From positions 171,459 through 235,458 of IMG/VR virus record IMGVR_UViG_3300031997_000001: a stretch of DNA of 64,000 bases; one strand, given 5' to 3'. Position 1 is the first letter of the stretch. Each line of letters begins with the position of its first letter. The position numbers and the translations under genes are program-made. Of the stretch, positions 1-9,930 are shown in pieces. Under the pieces are notes generated by a model. That model saw only the letters and a program-made list of their open reading frames with translations. It did not search any database and was not told where the DNA came from.

Positions 1-23
1 TAATAACAGAATACAAGCAGGGA

Positions 24-854
24 TTGTCCAGTCTTATGCTTGCGCGCAAATATGGCATTCCAAAGTGCGCAGTTCTGCGGATTCTTGCAAAAGCTGGCGT
101 TGAACGGCGCTCGCTTTCTGTCGCACTTAGAAAGTATGCCATAGATGAGACTTTCTTCGATCGGATCGACAACGAACGGAAAGCGTATTGGCTCGGGTTC
201 TTATTAGCTGATGGACACATACGCCATTCGGGTCGTTTCAACAGGAGCGGGTCTGTAAGGGTGGCACTACAAGGGCGAGATGTGGCGCACCTTGAAATGC
301 TCAAATCACACATAGGCAGCCAAAAGCCGATCAAGCTCACCACCACAAATGCGGGGCACCCGTGTTGCATGCTTGATCTTCACTCTACGAGACTCGCGAA
401 CGTCCTGCTGTCTGCTGGCTGGACTGAGTTTAAAGAGAAAGGCGACTGCCGCATTTTAAGCACAGTACCGTTACGGTTGCGGCGACATCTCGTACGCGGC
501 CTTGTAGACGGCGATGGTCACTTTCGGAGTTCTCCGGCTTACAGGTGGAGAAACGGCAGGGTGTCGTACCAGCTCCATTTTGAGTTTGTCGACCTCCACC
601 TTCCTATCGTTCAATGGGTCCAGCAGTACCTCGTGCGGCATTGTGCCATGCACCGCACAAAGGTATATCATCCATCAAAAGCTTACACGATCCGTTACGG
701 TGGTAAGCAGGTCACGCGTATTTTGCGCCACCTCTACGCTAGCGCACACGTCGCACTTGAGCGGAAGGTAATTAAAGCACATGCTTTGCTTTCTGCTGCG
801 TCTCCGTCCCCACAAATCCGCAGCCGGAGCACCGATAAGTCGGCTCCGCTTTGA
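24..854 (+). CDS. LAGLIDADG homing endonuclease (two motifs, N-terminal HTH-like segment); true start may lie upstream of the window
   Basis: Motifs AYWLGFLLADG and LVRGLVDGDG; C-terminal ILRHLYASAHVALERK typical of phage LAGLIDADG enzymes; lower GC than neighbours. Confidence 0.9.
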   Translation: MSSLMLARKYGIPKCAVLRILAKAGVERRSLSVALRKYAIDETFFDRIDNERKAYWLGFLLADGHIRHSGRFNRSGSVRVALQGRDVAHLEMLKSHIGSQKPIKLTTTNAGHPCCMLDLHSTRLANVLLSAGWTEFKEKGDCRILSTVPLRLRRHLVRGLVDGDGHFRSSPAYRWRNGRVSYQLHFEFVDLHLPIVQWVQQYLVRHCAMHRTKVYHPSKAYTIRYGGKQVTRILRHLYASAHVALERKVIKAHALLSAASPSPQIRSRSTDKSAPL

Positions 855-1923
855 TGCACTTCGGCACAACATCCCCAGCCCTGATGATGGCCACAGTCGA
901 TCCGAGCCTGGCCCCGAGGCGTTCGATCTCCTCCACGTTGTTGAGGAGTACGTTCGAGATGATCACGCCTCCGATTCCGACGGGCTTGACCTTTCCGGTC
1001 GGAATTATGGCCCCTGTATGTCCAATGGTGAAGATCACGTCCTCGAGAACGGTCTCCGCCCCGAGCGCCTCCCACTTGTACGCCCGCTGTCCCTTCGGCC
1101 GGTCGTCCGAGACGCCCATCGCCTCGGAAGCCGCGCAGTCGTTGAGCTTGACGACGATCCCGTCGACCTCGAAGGGCAGCTTCTCCCGCGCCTGGCCCAT
1201 CGCCTCGTGCGCCTTCTCGACGTTCTCCAGCTTGGTCAGCTTCTGCATCAGGTGGACCTGGAACCCGCAGCTCTCCAGGAACTGGAGCTTCTGGAGCTCG
1301 GTGCCCACGATCAGCAGGTCAGACTCCGTGCCGACGACGTCGTACGGCAGGACGCGCAGATGCTCGCATCCGGCCCCGTCCTTGGACCGCATGACCCCGT
1401 TGCCCTGGTTGCGCGGGTTGGAGCCATCCGGCCAGTACTTCTTGAAGTCCTCCTTGTACAGCAGACACTCCCCGCGGATGAACCCGGTGAACGGGGTAGG
1501 GAGCTGCTTGATGATATGCGTGGACCTGAGGATGTTGACCGTCACGTCCTCCCCGACCTTCCCGTCGCCTCGGGAGACCGCCCGGACCAGCTTCCCCTTC
1601 TTGTACTCCAGGGAGAGCGAGCAGCCATCATACTTCCACTGGACCACGACTTCCTTGACGGGGAGCTTGTCCCACCACTTCCCCAGCTCCTCGAGCGTCT
1701 TGACCTTCTCCTGGGAGCCCATCGCTATGGCGTGCTTGACCGGCTTGAAGAGGGAGCCAGCCGGCGGGGCGCCGACCGTCTTGAGGAAGTCGTTCTTGGG
1801 GTCCAGCTCCCGAAGCTGGTCGACCAGCGCGTCGAACTCGGCGTCCGTCAAGAGAGAGACGCCGGTGTTGTAATAGGCCTCGGAGGCGGCCTTCAGCTGG
1901 GCGACGATCGCGGTGATGCTCAT
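772..1923 (-). CDS. ligA: NAD-dependent DNA ligase (adenylation + OB domains; HhH/BRCT region absent)
   Basis: N-terminal AYYN..DAEFD, WKYDG (KxDG), SRGDGKVGEDVT, EVDGIVVK, AYKW, GHTGAIIP, IIRAGDVVP; stops shortly after one CxxC. Confidence 0.9.
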   Translation of the reverse strand: MSITAIVAQLKAASEAYYNTGVSLLTDAEFDALVDQLRELDPKNDFLKTVGAPPAGSLFKPVKHAIAMGSQEKVKTLEELGKWWDKLPVKEVVVQWKYDGCSLSLEYKKGKLVRAVSRGDGKVGEDVTVNILRSTHIIKQLPTPFTGFIRGECLLYKEDFKKYWPDGSNPRNQGNGVMRSKDGAGCEHLRVLPYDVVGTESDLLIVGTELQKLQFLESCGFQVHLMQKLTKLENVEKAHEAMGQAREKLPFEVDGIVVKLNDCAASEAMGVSDDRPKGQRAYKWEALGAETVLEDVIFTIGHTGAIIPTGKVKPVGIGGVIISNVLLNNVEEIERLGARLGSTVAIIRAGDVVPKCIKAEPTYRCSGCGFVGTETQQKAKHVL

Positions 1924-2111
1924 GCCAGTGTCTCCAATTCCCGACGCAGTTCCGTCTCCCCCATGTACTGAATGTTGGAGAGGTAGGAGTACAGCTCATC
2001 GTCGCTCAGCCCATCCCTGTTCGGCTTATAGTGCTCGGTCAGGAGCTTCCGGACCTCGGTGATGTCCAGTTCCTTCTGGGCCAGAAGCTGCTTCGCCTGA
2101 TCGCTGGTCAT
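1920..2111 (-). CDS. hypothetical protein (63 aa)
   Basis: GGAGG RBS, ATG overlapping the upstream stop; translationally coupled to both ligase genes. Confidence 0.6.
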   Translation of the reverse strand: MTSDQAKQLLAQKELDITEVRKLLTEHYKPNRDGLSDDELYSYLSNIQYMGETELRRELETLA

Positions 2112-2689
2112 CAGTCCTCCTTCGTCTTGAGATCCTCGTCCGGGACGATGGTCCGGGTCATTCCAGATAATCCATCTCTCCACTTGAGCTTGAACATGGC
2201 CGGGTTGTCGACCGACTTATGGAAATCGCCGACCAGCTTCGAGCCGAGGCGCTTGAGCACGATCCCCTCGGTCTTCATGTCGCCGATGAGGGACTTGTAG
2301 AGCGCGGCGTAGCCCGTGGTCTGACCAGGAATGAGATGGATCGGCCATCTGGCACCGTCCACTCTGATTCCGTTGTAGATCCCGAACACCTTCGCGTACC
2401 GCTCCTCGACGGGGAGATGACCGACCCACTCGCCCCTCTCGTACATCATGTCGAAGAGCCACATTCCCTCTTCCTTCCACGCCTCACGCCGGCAGGTCCA
2501 CTCGGCGTTCAGGACCGTGCCATCCTCGAGCGGCAGGAGTTTGAGGGCATCTCTCATGTCGTCCGAGATGGCGAGCGGCTTCATCACGCGGGAGAGGACG
2601 ACCAGTTCGCCCTTCTCTCGGAAGATCAGGGAGTTGTGTCCATCGAGCTTCGGCTGGGCGACGTATTCGCCCTCCTTGATCATCTTCAA
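2111..2689 (-). CDS. ATP-dependent ligase-type nucleotidyltransferase (adenylation domain only)
   Basis: QPKLDG (motif I), LNAEW (III), FDMMY (IIIa), EGIVLK (IV), FKLK (V); no OB domain. Confidence 0.75.
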   Translation of the reverse strand: MKMIKEGEYVAQPKLDGHNSLIFREKGELVVLSRVMKPLAISDDMRDALKLLPLEDGTVLNAEWTCRREAWKEEGMWLFDMMYERGEWVGHLPVEERYAKVFGIYNGIRVDGARWPIHLIPGQTTGYAALYKSLIGDMKTEGIVLKRLGSKLVGDFHKSVDNPAMFKLKWRDGLSGMTRTIVPDEDLKTKED

Positions 2690-2711
2690 GGAATAGATGT
2701 GAGACGGTTTG

Positions 2712-3301
2712 TCAGGAAATCTGGGCTTGATTGGGTGTCTCCTTGAGCTTGAGCCCGGCCTGGAACGCCTTGTCGAAGGCCTTCTCGACCTTCGCGTAGG
2801 CCTCCATTTCCTGCTTCGCCATCCGGTTCAGGATGGCGTCACCGCAACCGGGACAACCGTCCTTGCTGACCAGCGCCTTGTTGAGGATCTCGATGACGGC
2901 AGCCGCCTTGCCCAGCCTGCGCCACAGGGAACCGATGACCTGATGGTTGCAGGCGAAGCAATGGCCGTACTCCTCGATCCACTTCCTGATGCTGCCGCAC
3001 TTCGGACACTTGGGGCTCATTTCGCCTCCAGGAATTCCATGCCGTAGCTCGTCGGACCCCCGTTCTCGACGGTGCTCCAGAGACGATAGACCAGGAACTT
3101 CTTCTTGAAGATCCGCCCCTTCGACGTCCGGACCGATGCGGCCCAGACCTTCCCTTCCGGGTCCTTGAACTCGACCGGAAGCCCTTCCTTCCTCGCCAGG
3201 GCGCAGAGCGCCCTGACCGTCGTCGGCGTCGTCCGCGGCTTGGTACCGCTGCGGCACCAGTGTCCGGTCATCGGAAAGCGTCTGATTGCAGCGTTGGTCA
3301 T
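2712..3301 (-). CDS. two small hypothetical proteins (2712-3020 with CxxC Zn-ribbon; 3017-3301)
   Basis: Overlapping start/stop, RBS-like GGAGG; CPKC...CFAC motifs in the first. Confidence 0.55.
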
Positions 3302-3314
3302 AATCTTCCCTCCC

Positions 3315-4271
3315 CTAGATTTCCAGCTTCCTGACGTTCAGGATCCGCTGGGCCAGCTCCTCGGCCGACTCGTTGAGCTCCTTGACCTTCACGTCGGGGA
3401 CGATCTCCCCGTACATCTCGATCCGGTCCTTGAGCCTCTTGACCTTCCTGAGCCGGGCTTCCATCCAGGTGATCTTGCCCTTGTCGGTGAGGTCCGGGGA
3501 CAGCTGATCGACTTCCTCGGCCAGCCCCTTCACGACGGATTCCAGCTCCTCCAGCACGGACCGGCCGAGGGTCACCTTGGAGACTTCGGCATCCGGCACG
3601 GGGAGATACTCGAAGCGCGCGTCGTTGGTATTCGGAGAGAGCTTCGACACCAGAGTCGAAACCTTCTCCACGACGCCGTTGAACTGCGCCGGGACGAAGT
3701 AGACGTTGCCCTGGTCCCGCAGGGTGATCAGGTCCGCCTCCTCCTCGATGATGCGCTGGAGGTAGCGGGTTATGTCGCTCGAGTTGTACCGGACCTTCTC
3801 CTTCTCGAACAGCTCGAGGACCAGCTTGTTGATCGCGGCGTTGGCGGTGTAGCCGGGCATCTCGGAGATGAGGGCCTCGGCGAAGTTCTTCGTCTCGTAG
3901 TACTTGCTCTTGGACACGATGACCCGAGTCTCGGTCGTGTACTTGAGCTCGCCGGACCCGACGGAGGTGCCGGTCAGCTGTTCAGCCGTGAACTGGAAGA
4001 CGATGAAGTCGTCGTCCTCGCTGACCCGCCGGATGATCCGACCTTCCTCCAGGTTGCGCAGGGCGCGGATGAAGGCACTGCGGTAATTATGTTCGCGAGC
4101 GTATTTGGTCGGGAGTCCGCTTTCCTCCAGCAGCTTGGTGAACTCGTCCTTGGTGATCGAGACGTTCCTCACGTTCCAGAACACAACCGACCCCAAGATC
4201 GGGCAGTCCAGACCTTTCATCTTGAGGAAGAATTGTGCGCGTTTCTCCTGAGCAGTCATGTGCTCCTCCAC
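3315..4271 (-). CDS. hypothetical protein resembling DUF3150/DUF6744-type proteins, with coiled-coil C-terminus
   Basis: GSVVFWNV start, G.VYFVP motif, helical C-terminus; family assignment from recall. Confidence 0.5.
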   Translation of the reverse strand: MEEHMTAQEKRAQFFLKMKGLDCPILGSVVFWNVRNVSITKDEFTKLLEESGLPTKYAREHNYRSAFIRALRNLEEGRIIRRVSEDDDFIVFQFTAEQLTGTSVGSGELKYTTETRVIVSKSKYYETKNFAEALISEMPGYTANAAINKLVLELFEKEKVRYNSSDITRYLQRIIEEEADLITLRDQGNVYFVPAQFNGVVEKVSTLVSKLSPNTNDARFEYLPVPDAEVSKVTLGRSVLEELESVVKGLAEEVDQLSPDLTDKGKITWMEARLRKVKRLKDRIEMYGEIVPDVKVKELNESAEELAQRILNVRKLEI

Positions 4272-4315
4272 TTGGGATAGTCAAATATAGAACATAAGCA
4301 ACATGGGGTAATGCT

Positions 4316-4981
4316 ATGAAGAAATGCGCCTGGTGCAAGACGCCAAAGCCGAATTCGAAATTTCCCCTGCATTATCCAGTTTGTTTTAAGTGCTTGGCCT
4401 ATCGTGCGCGCAAAAGCAAGCCATGCAAGATTTGCGGAGTAACCAAACCAAAGAAAAAATTCCCCCCAGCCAGTCTTAGGTGTTATGCTTGTGCTTGGGT
4501 TTGTAAGCGTAAAGACCCCAAATACCGGGAAAAATGCAACGCGTACAACAGGCGCCGGTACAAGGAAGACGCAGCTTACAGACAACACTATCTCGCCAAA
4601 TGCCGGGTACGCAACAAAGAACGCTGGCGGCTGGGCTTGATACAAGCCTACGACGAAAGCTCCCCACGCAGGTGGCTTTTTGCAAAGACGCGCAGAGGGA
4701 GAACACACGGGCGACGCAGTAACTTCAAGTGGGGCGTTAGTCTGGATTTCCTGTGTGGTCTTTGGGAAGACCAAAAAGGCAAATGTGCTCTTTCTGGTCT
4801 TCCCATGACAATGCAACGATACAGGCTTGATGGCGCATCCATAGACCGGATCGACTCCACCAAAGGCTACGTGCCTGGGAACATCCAGCTTGTGTGCAAG
4901 GCCATCAACCTCGCGAAGAATAAGAACACGAACGAGGAGATGATGGCATTCATTAAGGCGCTCCGGGCTATTCCTAGATAA
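4316..4981 (+). CDS. HNH/His-Me-finger-type endonuclease with N-terminal CxxC repeats
   Basis: KCALSG...SIDRIDSTKGYVPGNIQLVCKAINLAK; lower GC; antisense to flanking genes. Confidence 0.8.
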   Translation: MKKCAWCKTPKPNSKFPLHYPVCFKCLAYRARKSKPCKICGVTKPKKKFPPASLRCYACAWVCKRKDPKYREKCNAYNRRRYKEDAAYRQHYLAKCRVRNKERWRLGLIQAYDESSPRRWLFAKTRRGRTHGRRSNFKWGVSLDFLCGLWEDQKGKCALSGLPMTMQRYRLDGASIDRIDSTKGYVPGNIQLVCKAINLAKNKNTNEEMMAFIKALRAIPR

Positions 4982-4997
4982 CTCCTTTGGTACGCAG

Positions 4998-5216
4998 TCA
5001 CTGCTTGACCTGCTGGCTGGCCTGTGTCATTTCTCTGATCCAGTCGACTGTCAGGTCTCCATGCTGCGCCCGCTGGGTCGGCTCGTCGCAGCCCTGCTCG
5101 ACGGCAAGGCCGAGGGCGCGAATGACCTCGAATGGGACGAAGGCGCAGACGCCGCCGACCTTGTCGAAGCCGTTGACTCGGACGAACTTTCCCCCGTTCA
5201 GGTTGTTGACCATCAT
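4998..5216 (-). CDS. hypothetical protein (72 aa)
   Basis: ATG overlapping the upstream stop; codon usage like its neighbours. Confidence 0.5.
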   Translation of the reverse strand: MMVNNLNGGKFVRVNGFDKVGGVCAFVPFEVIRALGLAVEQGCDEPTQRAQHGDLTVDWIREMTQASQQVKQ

Positions 5217-5401
5217 CCGTTCCCCTGCTTGACCTGGTTCTTGTCGGCCTGGACCACGTGGTCCATCCCCTTGTGCCGCTCCTCGATCTTGCCCAGGCTC
5301 TTGGCCAGATCCTCGGTGAAGGAGGCCGTACCCTGACCGTTGGCCCCCTCTGCATGGATCTTGACTTCCCCGTCGTTGATCTTGAGCACTATTTCTTTCA
5401 T
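5213..5401 (-). CDS. DUF2997-like protein (copy 1)
   Basis: MKEIVLKINDGEVKIHAEGANGQGTASFTEDLAKSLG fits the I.i..dG.v...v.G..G..C..t..le..LG pattern, with the Cys lost. Confidence 0.65.
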   Translation of the reverse strand: MKEIVLKINDGEVKIHAEGANGQGTASFTEDLAKSLGKIEERHKGMDHVVQADKNQVKQGNG

Positions 5402-5535
5402 CTTTCCTCCCCATTCATTATGCCTGAGACACTCCTCACTATTCGAGCTCCAACTTTCTTTCCCCGAGCTCCGCCTTGGTCGGAATGGTGACTGTCGTAA
5501 AGGAGAACATAGTGTTGTCCTTTCAGCCATAGGAT

Positions 5536-5817
5536 CTAGTACTGCCTCAGGGTGAGTTGGATCTCGTTCCCGTTGTTCATCCGGACGACGGTGTACCCCG
5601 CCTGCTTCGCCTTCGCGGTGGCGAGGGATGCGGCGTACTCGTTCTTGAACAGCTTCTCGAACCCGGGGTATTGCTCCTTGGGCTCGACCTTGTACATCCC
5701 GTTCGGGAGCTTGGTGATCTTGGACTCCCAGCCGTGGTCCTTCTTCAGCTTCTCCGCGGCTGCCTTCGCGGCTGCCTGGTCCTTGACCTCGATGCTGACC
5801 CTCGTGAAACAGGGCAC
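5536..5817 (-). CDS. DUF1257-like protein (copy 1)
   Basis: GTG start after GGAGG; PCFTRVSIEV.D...Y...A...GY.V; directly downstream of the AAA ATPase. Confidence 0.55.
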   Translation of the reverse strand: MPCFTRVSIEVKDQAAAKAAAEKLKKDHGWESKITKLPNGMYKVEPKEQYPGFEKLFKNEYAASLATAKAKQAGYTVVRMNNGNEIQLTLRQY

Positions 5818-5873
5818 ATCTTCCTCCCTTGATGAGCGGTGGGGGTCCCGATTTGGGACCCCCACCTTCTTGA

Positions 5874-7421
5874 CTACGCGTCCACCTTGCGGGACTTCTG
5901 CTCCTCTTCCTTGCGGTGGTTCGCGTTCTGGGCGAAGTCGCTGGCCCACTTCTTCATCGACTCCAGGTCGCCCCTCCGGGACCGGGAGAGGGGCACGGTC
6001 CGCAGGATGGCGGACAGGATGTGCATGTCGTTGAGCTCCTCCTTGCGGTAGAAGCCGGTGTAGAGGCCCGAGATCACGGCCTCCTCCAGCTCCGCCCCCG
6101 AGTACCCCTCGCTGTTGGAGGCGCACTCCTTGAGGCCCTGGGCGTCGAACTTCTTGGGATCGCGGCCCCGCTTGGTGATGTGGATCTTGAGAATCTCCTC
6201 CCGCTCCTTCTCGTCCGGGAGGTCGACGTAGAAGATCTCATCGAAGCGGCCCTTCCTGAGCAGCTCAGGCGGGAGTCCGTCGATCTTGTTGCACGTCGCC
6301 ACGATGAAGACCGGCGCGGTCTTCTCCTGCATCCAGGTGATGAACGACCCGAAGACGCGGGCGCTCACTCCGGAGTCCGTCTGGCCCGAGCTGGACATCC
6401 CAGCGAAGGCCTTCTCGATCTCGTCCACCCACAACACGCAGCGGCCCACGGCCTCTGCCGTCTGGATGGCGACCCGCATGTTCGCCTCGCTCTGGCCGAC
6501 CAGCCCGCCGAAGACGCGTCCCACGTCGAACTTGATGAGCGGGACCCCGAAGTTGGCGGCGCACGCCTTCGCCGCCAGGGACTTGCCCGTTCCCGGGATG
6601 CCCGTGAGCATCACGCCACGCGGGGCGGGGAGGCCGTACTTGCGGGCGTCCTCGGTGAACGCCAGCTTCCTGATGCTCAGCCACTCCTTGAGCACCACCA
6701 GCCCGCCGATGTCGTCCATCCCCTGCTTGGCAGGGTACCACTCCAGCACGCCCGACTTCTTGATGGCGTTGGCCTTCTCGGACATGACCAGCGTGGAAAT
6801 CTGGACCTTGGACTTCGGGTCGTCCTTGGTGGACTTCTTCCAGTCCACCACGCCCTTGGCCATGGCGTTCTCCGCCTCGACCGTGGTCAGGCCCATGCAG
6901 GCCTCCACGATGGCGAAGACCTCGTCCTTCGCGACGTCCCCCACGACGGTCTTGTTCTCCGTCACGAACCGGTCGATCATCGTGCCGATGATCGCCCTCT
7001 CGGGGAGGCCGAACTCCAGGAGCGTCACGTCGCGCTGCAGCCCGACGGGCAGCTCGTTGAGCGGGCTGATCATGATGAGCGTCTTCTTGGCCGTCTTGAA
7101 CTCGCGGGCGATGTCCCGGATGAGCCGCGCGATCTTGGGCACCTGGAAGAACGGGTGCAGGTCGCGGAACAGGAACACCACCTTCTCGCCGAACGTGGTC
7201 GTGCTCTCGGCGCCGCGGATCTTCGCGAGGGCGGCGACCGGGTCGTCAACCTCGTCGATGGTCTTGCCGTTGGCGTCGATGAAGCCGTCCGTGTGGCTCC
7301 ACACGACCACCTTCCACTTGAGCTCCTTGAGGGTGTTGGCGAGCTCCAGCTCGACGCGCGCCTCCTCGGGGCTCACGACCATGAGTACCGGATAGCGGGC
7401 CTTGATGTAGCTGTCAAACAT
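5874..7421 (-). CDS. Ycf46-like AAA+ ATPase
   Basis: Walker A GIPGTGKS, Walker B LWVDEIEK, ELLRKGRFDEIFYVDLP, degenerate N-terminal AAA domain. Confidence 0.9.
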   Translation of the reverse strand: MFDSYIKARYPVLMVVSPEEARVELELANTLKELKWKVVVWSHTDGFIDANGKTIDEVDDPVAALAKIRGAESTTTFGEKVVFLFRDLHPFFQVPKIARLIRDIAREFKTAKKTLIMISPLNELPVGLQRDVTLLEFGLPERAIIGTMIDRFVTENKTVVGDVAKDEVFAIVEACMGLTTVEAENAMAKGVVDWKKSTKDDPKSKVQISTLVMSEKANAIKKSGVLEWYPAKQGMDDIGGLVVLKEWLSIRKLAFTEDARKYGLPAPRGVMLTGIPGTGKSLAAKACAANFGVPLIKFDVGRVFGGLVGQSEANMRVAIQTAEAVGRCVLWVDEIEKAFAGMSSSGQTDSGVSARVFGSFITWMQEKTAPVFIVATCNKIDGLPPELLRKGRFDEIFYVDLPDEKEREEILKIHITKRGRDPKKFDAQGLKECASNSEGYSGAELEEAVISGLYTGFYRKEELNDMHILSAILRTVPLSRSRRGDLESMKKWASDFAQNANHRKEEEQKSRKVDA

Positions 7422-7442
7422 GCGAACCTCCTGTAAAGGGAA

Positions 7443-8884
7443 CTAACGCAATTCGCTCTTGTCCTTGGCTTCGAAGATCTCGAACTTGCGGCGGCTGTCC
7501 TTGTCCTCGTCTTCCGACCTGTCGCCGATGCACCACATGTTGGCATCGCCTGGGCGATCGTCTGAGGTCAGAACGTATGAGCAATCGCTCCACTTCGCGC
7601 CGAGGTTCTTGAGCGCGGACTCGGCTTCCTGTTTGGTGCCATAGCCGACGAAGAAGGTCGGCGGCTTGTCCAGGTCGCTGAGGATGGCTGAACCGCTCCT
7701 GTTGATCTGGTACTCCACGATCACGAAGCTCATGGTCTCCTTCCTAATGGACGTGGGGAACGGAGCCTGCGTGCGCCAGGGCATGCTCTATCTGGTCGAC
7801 GTGCCGGTCGTACTCGTCCTCGGTGATGTCGAAGGTCCTGTTGCACAGGCCGCAGAGGGCCGTGTGCTGGATGCCGGAGCCCGTCACGTCCTCGGCTTCG
7901 ATGTGGACGGTGATGTAGGCGCCGCTGGCATGGCAGTCTTCGAACGGGCAGATGATGTGCTTTTCGTCGCTCATTAGGCCTCCAATACGCGGCCACCCAC
8001 CTGACCGAACGGGGCTGACCGCGACGGCATCGAAGTAAGGGTGAAATTCACATCCACCTTCACGACCTCGCACAGGTCCACGTAGGCCTGGCGCTTGGCC
8101 TTCTTTTGCTCCCAAGTGAGACGGTAAGCCTGAATCCCGTATGGAGTGGCGCCTGCGGCAAAGATGGCTGCACGAGCCGACTCCTCACCCTTGTATTGTC
8201 TGGCGTCCCAGAGGTCGGACACCCACCCAGATGCGTCCTGGCACCCGACGTCGGCCGTCTTGGGAAGCCAGCGCTTGGATGGCTTGTGCCGGACCATGAA
8301 TACCGTGGTCTTCACCGTCCCTCCTCCACGGACACGATCTCGATGTCGACGCCTTGGAAGCCCAGTGCCTCGATCTGCTCGCCTGCCTGTTTCATGGCCT
8401 TCGTCTCGGCGTCCGCGCAGGACTGGGCCTTGAGGCATACGGCCTTCGTGCCGCCGGTCAGCACTAGCTCGACGTGGAATTTCTTCTCCACTTGTGGAAC
8501 GCACGGCGTCTCGGGTGTGAAGTGCCGGGTCAGGATCTCCCTGATGTCGGCAACGTCCCATTCGCCGTCTCGGTGGACGGGAGCGACAAGCGCCTTGATC
8601 TCGCGGGCGGCGGCTTCATGCGGTGTCAGGCAATTGGAGCCGATCTGTTGGTCCGCGTACAGCCATGGCCTTGATGCGCACGTCTCGATGTCGAGAGTTT
8701 CGATGATCTGCAGGGCCTCCGCCACCGCAGGGTTGAATTCCAGCTCTGGCAAGCCTCCGCCATCGGGAACCTGTACCGGCCCATCCGCCCATTCCTCTCC
8801 GGGTTTTCCTGCGACGAGCCAGACGAGGCGGAGGAGCCGTTCGTCCAGGACCTTCCGCTTGGGATTCAGGATCTTGTTTGTCAT
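7443..8884 (-). CDS. run of four small hypothetical genes (7443-7733, 7744-7974 with Zn-ribbon, 7974-8315, 8312-8884)
   Basis: Contiguous or overlapping ORFs with GGAGG-type RBS. Confidence 0.55.
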
Positions 8885-9075
8885 CAGTGTCCCAGTTTCT
8901 GCTGGTTGTTGGCCTGCGGCTGCTGGTAGAACTCGCTGGTCTTCTGGTCGTCCTTGACCGTGCCCAGCGCGTTCTCCAGCGTCTTGGTCGCGTCCTTGCA
9001 GGCGGTGCCCTTGAGCCCGTCGACCGAGATCTTGAGGCCGCCCTTGTTGTCGATGATCAGCGTGATCGTGTGCAT
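8884..9075 (-). CDS. DUF2997 family protein (copy 2)
   Basis: MHTITLIIDNKGGLKISVDGLKGTACKDATKTLENALG...TSEFYQ. Confidence 0.8.
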   Translation of the reverse strand: MHTITLIIDNKGGLKISVDGLKGTACKDATKTLENALGTVKDDQKTSEFYQQPQANNQQKLGH

Positions 9076-9105
9076 CGGTCAGGCTCCTGTGCTGGGGGAA
9101 GTCGC

Positions 9106-9561
9106 CTAGTACTTGACGAACTGGAGCTTGACCTCGCCCGTCGGGAGCTTGGTCTGCGTGCAGGTGTAGCCCTGGGCCGTCATTTTCTTCTTGGCCACCT
9201 CGGCGACGTACCCCTTCACGATGTTGCTGCAATTGTCCCCGGCCAGCGCCTGCAGTCCGTGTCCGCCGGCGTAGAAGTCCCAGACCAGCACGTGGCCTTT
9301 CCCGTTGGGGTTCTTGCAGACGCCGATCTCGTACGCCTGCGAGTTGCCGGGGACGCCGATGGCGTGCTCGCACTTGCCGTAGTCCTCGGGCTTGATCCCG
9401 TGGTGGTAGGCGGCGTTCGCCCCGTGGTAGTCGTTGACCCACGAACCGTACCACTTGTGATGCTTCTGGCCTTCCTTCCACTGGAGGCCCGACGCCTTGA
9501 CCGCCTTCTTGAGGGCTTCCAGATCGAGCACGTCCAACTCGAGTCGAGCGACATGAGACAT
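9106..9561 (-). CDS. DUF1257 family protein (copy 2)
   Basis: MSH...l.v.DLEALKKA...G, YEIG, L.WDFY, Y...VA......GY. Confidence 0.8.
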   Translation of the reverse strand: MSHVARLELDVLDLEALKKAVKASGLQWKEGQKHHKWYGSWVNDYHGANAAYHHGIKPEDYGKCEHAIGVPGNSQAYEIGVCKNPNGKGHVLVWDFYAGGHGLQALAGDNCSNIVKGYVAEVAKKKMTAQGYTCTQTKLPTGEVKLQFVKY

Positions 9562-9822
9562 TTAGGCCTCCTTGGGGAACGGGATGTTGTGCTTGACGAG
9601 CCAGGCGTGCTCGATTGCGAGCGCCTTCGCCCGGGTCCTGAACGGTCCGATTCGGGGGCCGCCGACCGGCTTGAGATTGACGACCCACCGGACTCCTGCC
9701 GGCTCGACGTGGCTGGCCCGCCGGATTTCGGCCTTCCCCAAGGAGAGAAGCGGGGTCAGCTCGTCGGCATAGACCATCCGCAGCGAGCCGTCGTTGCCGA
9801 TGACCATCTCATGCTTGGACAC
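9562..9822 (-). CDS. conserved small protein that accompanies DUF1257/DUF2997 clusters
   Basis: DG.LRMVY.D...LG.A.IRRASHVEP...W...L.PVGGP.IGPF..RA.AL..E..WL pattern (recall). Confidence 0.6.
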   Translation of the reverse strand: MSKHEMVIGNDGSLRMVYADELTPLLSLGKAEIRRASHVEPAGVRWVVNLKPVGGPRIGPFRTRAKALAIEHAWLVKHNIPFPKEA

Positions 9823-9930
9823 TATCCCTCCTTAGTTGCTGCTTCCAAGCTTCTAGGCGCAGCTTGCCCTGCACACAGACGAATTTGTCGCCAACGCGCT
9901 TGACTTGAATTGGGGGCATCCCGTGGTACT

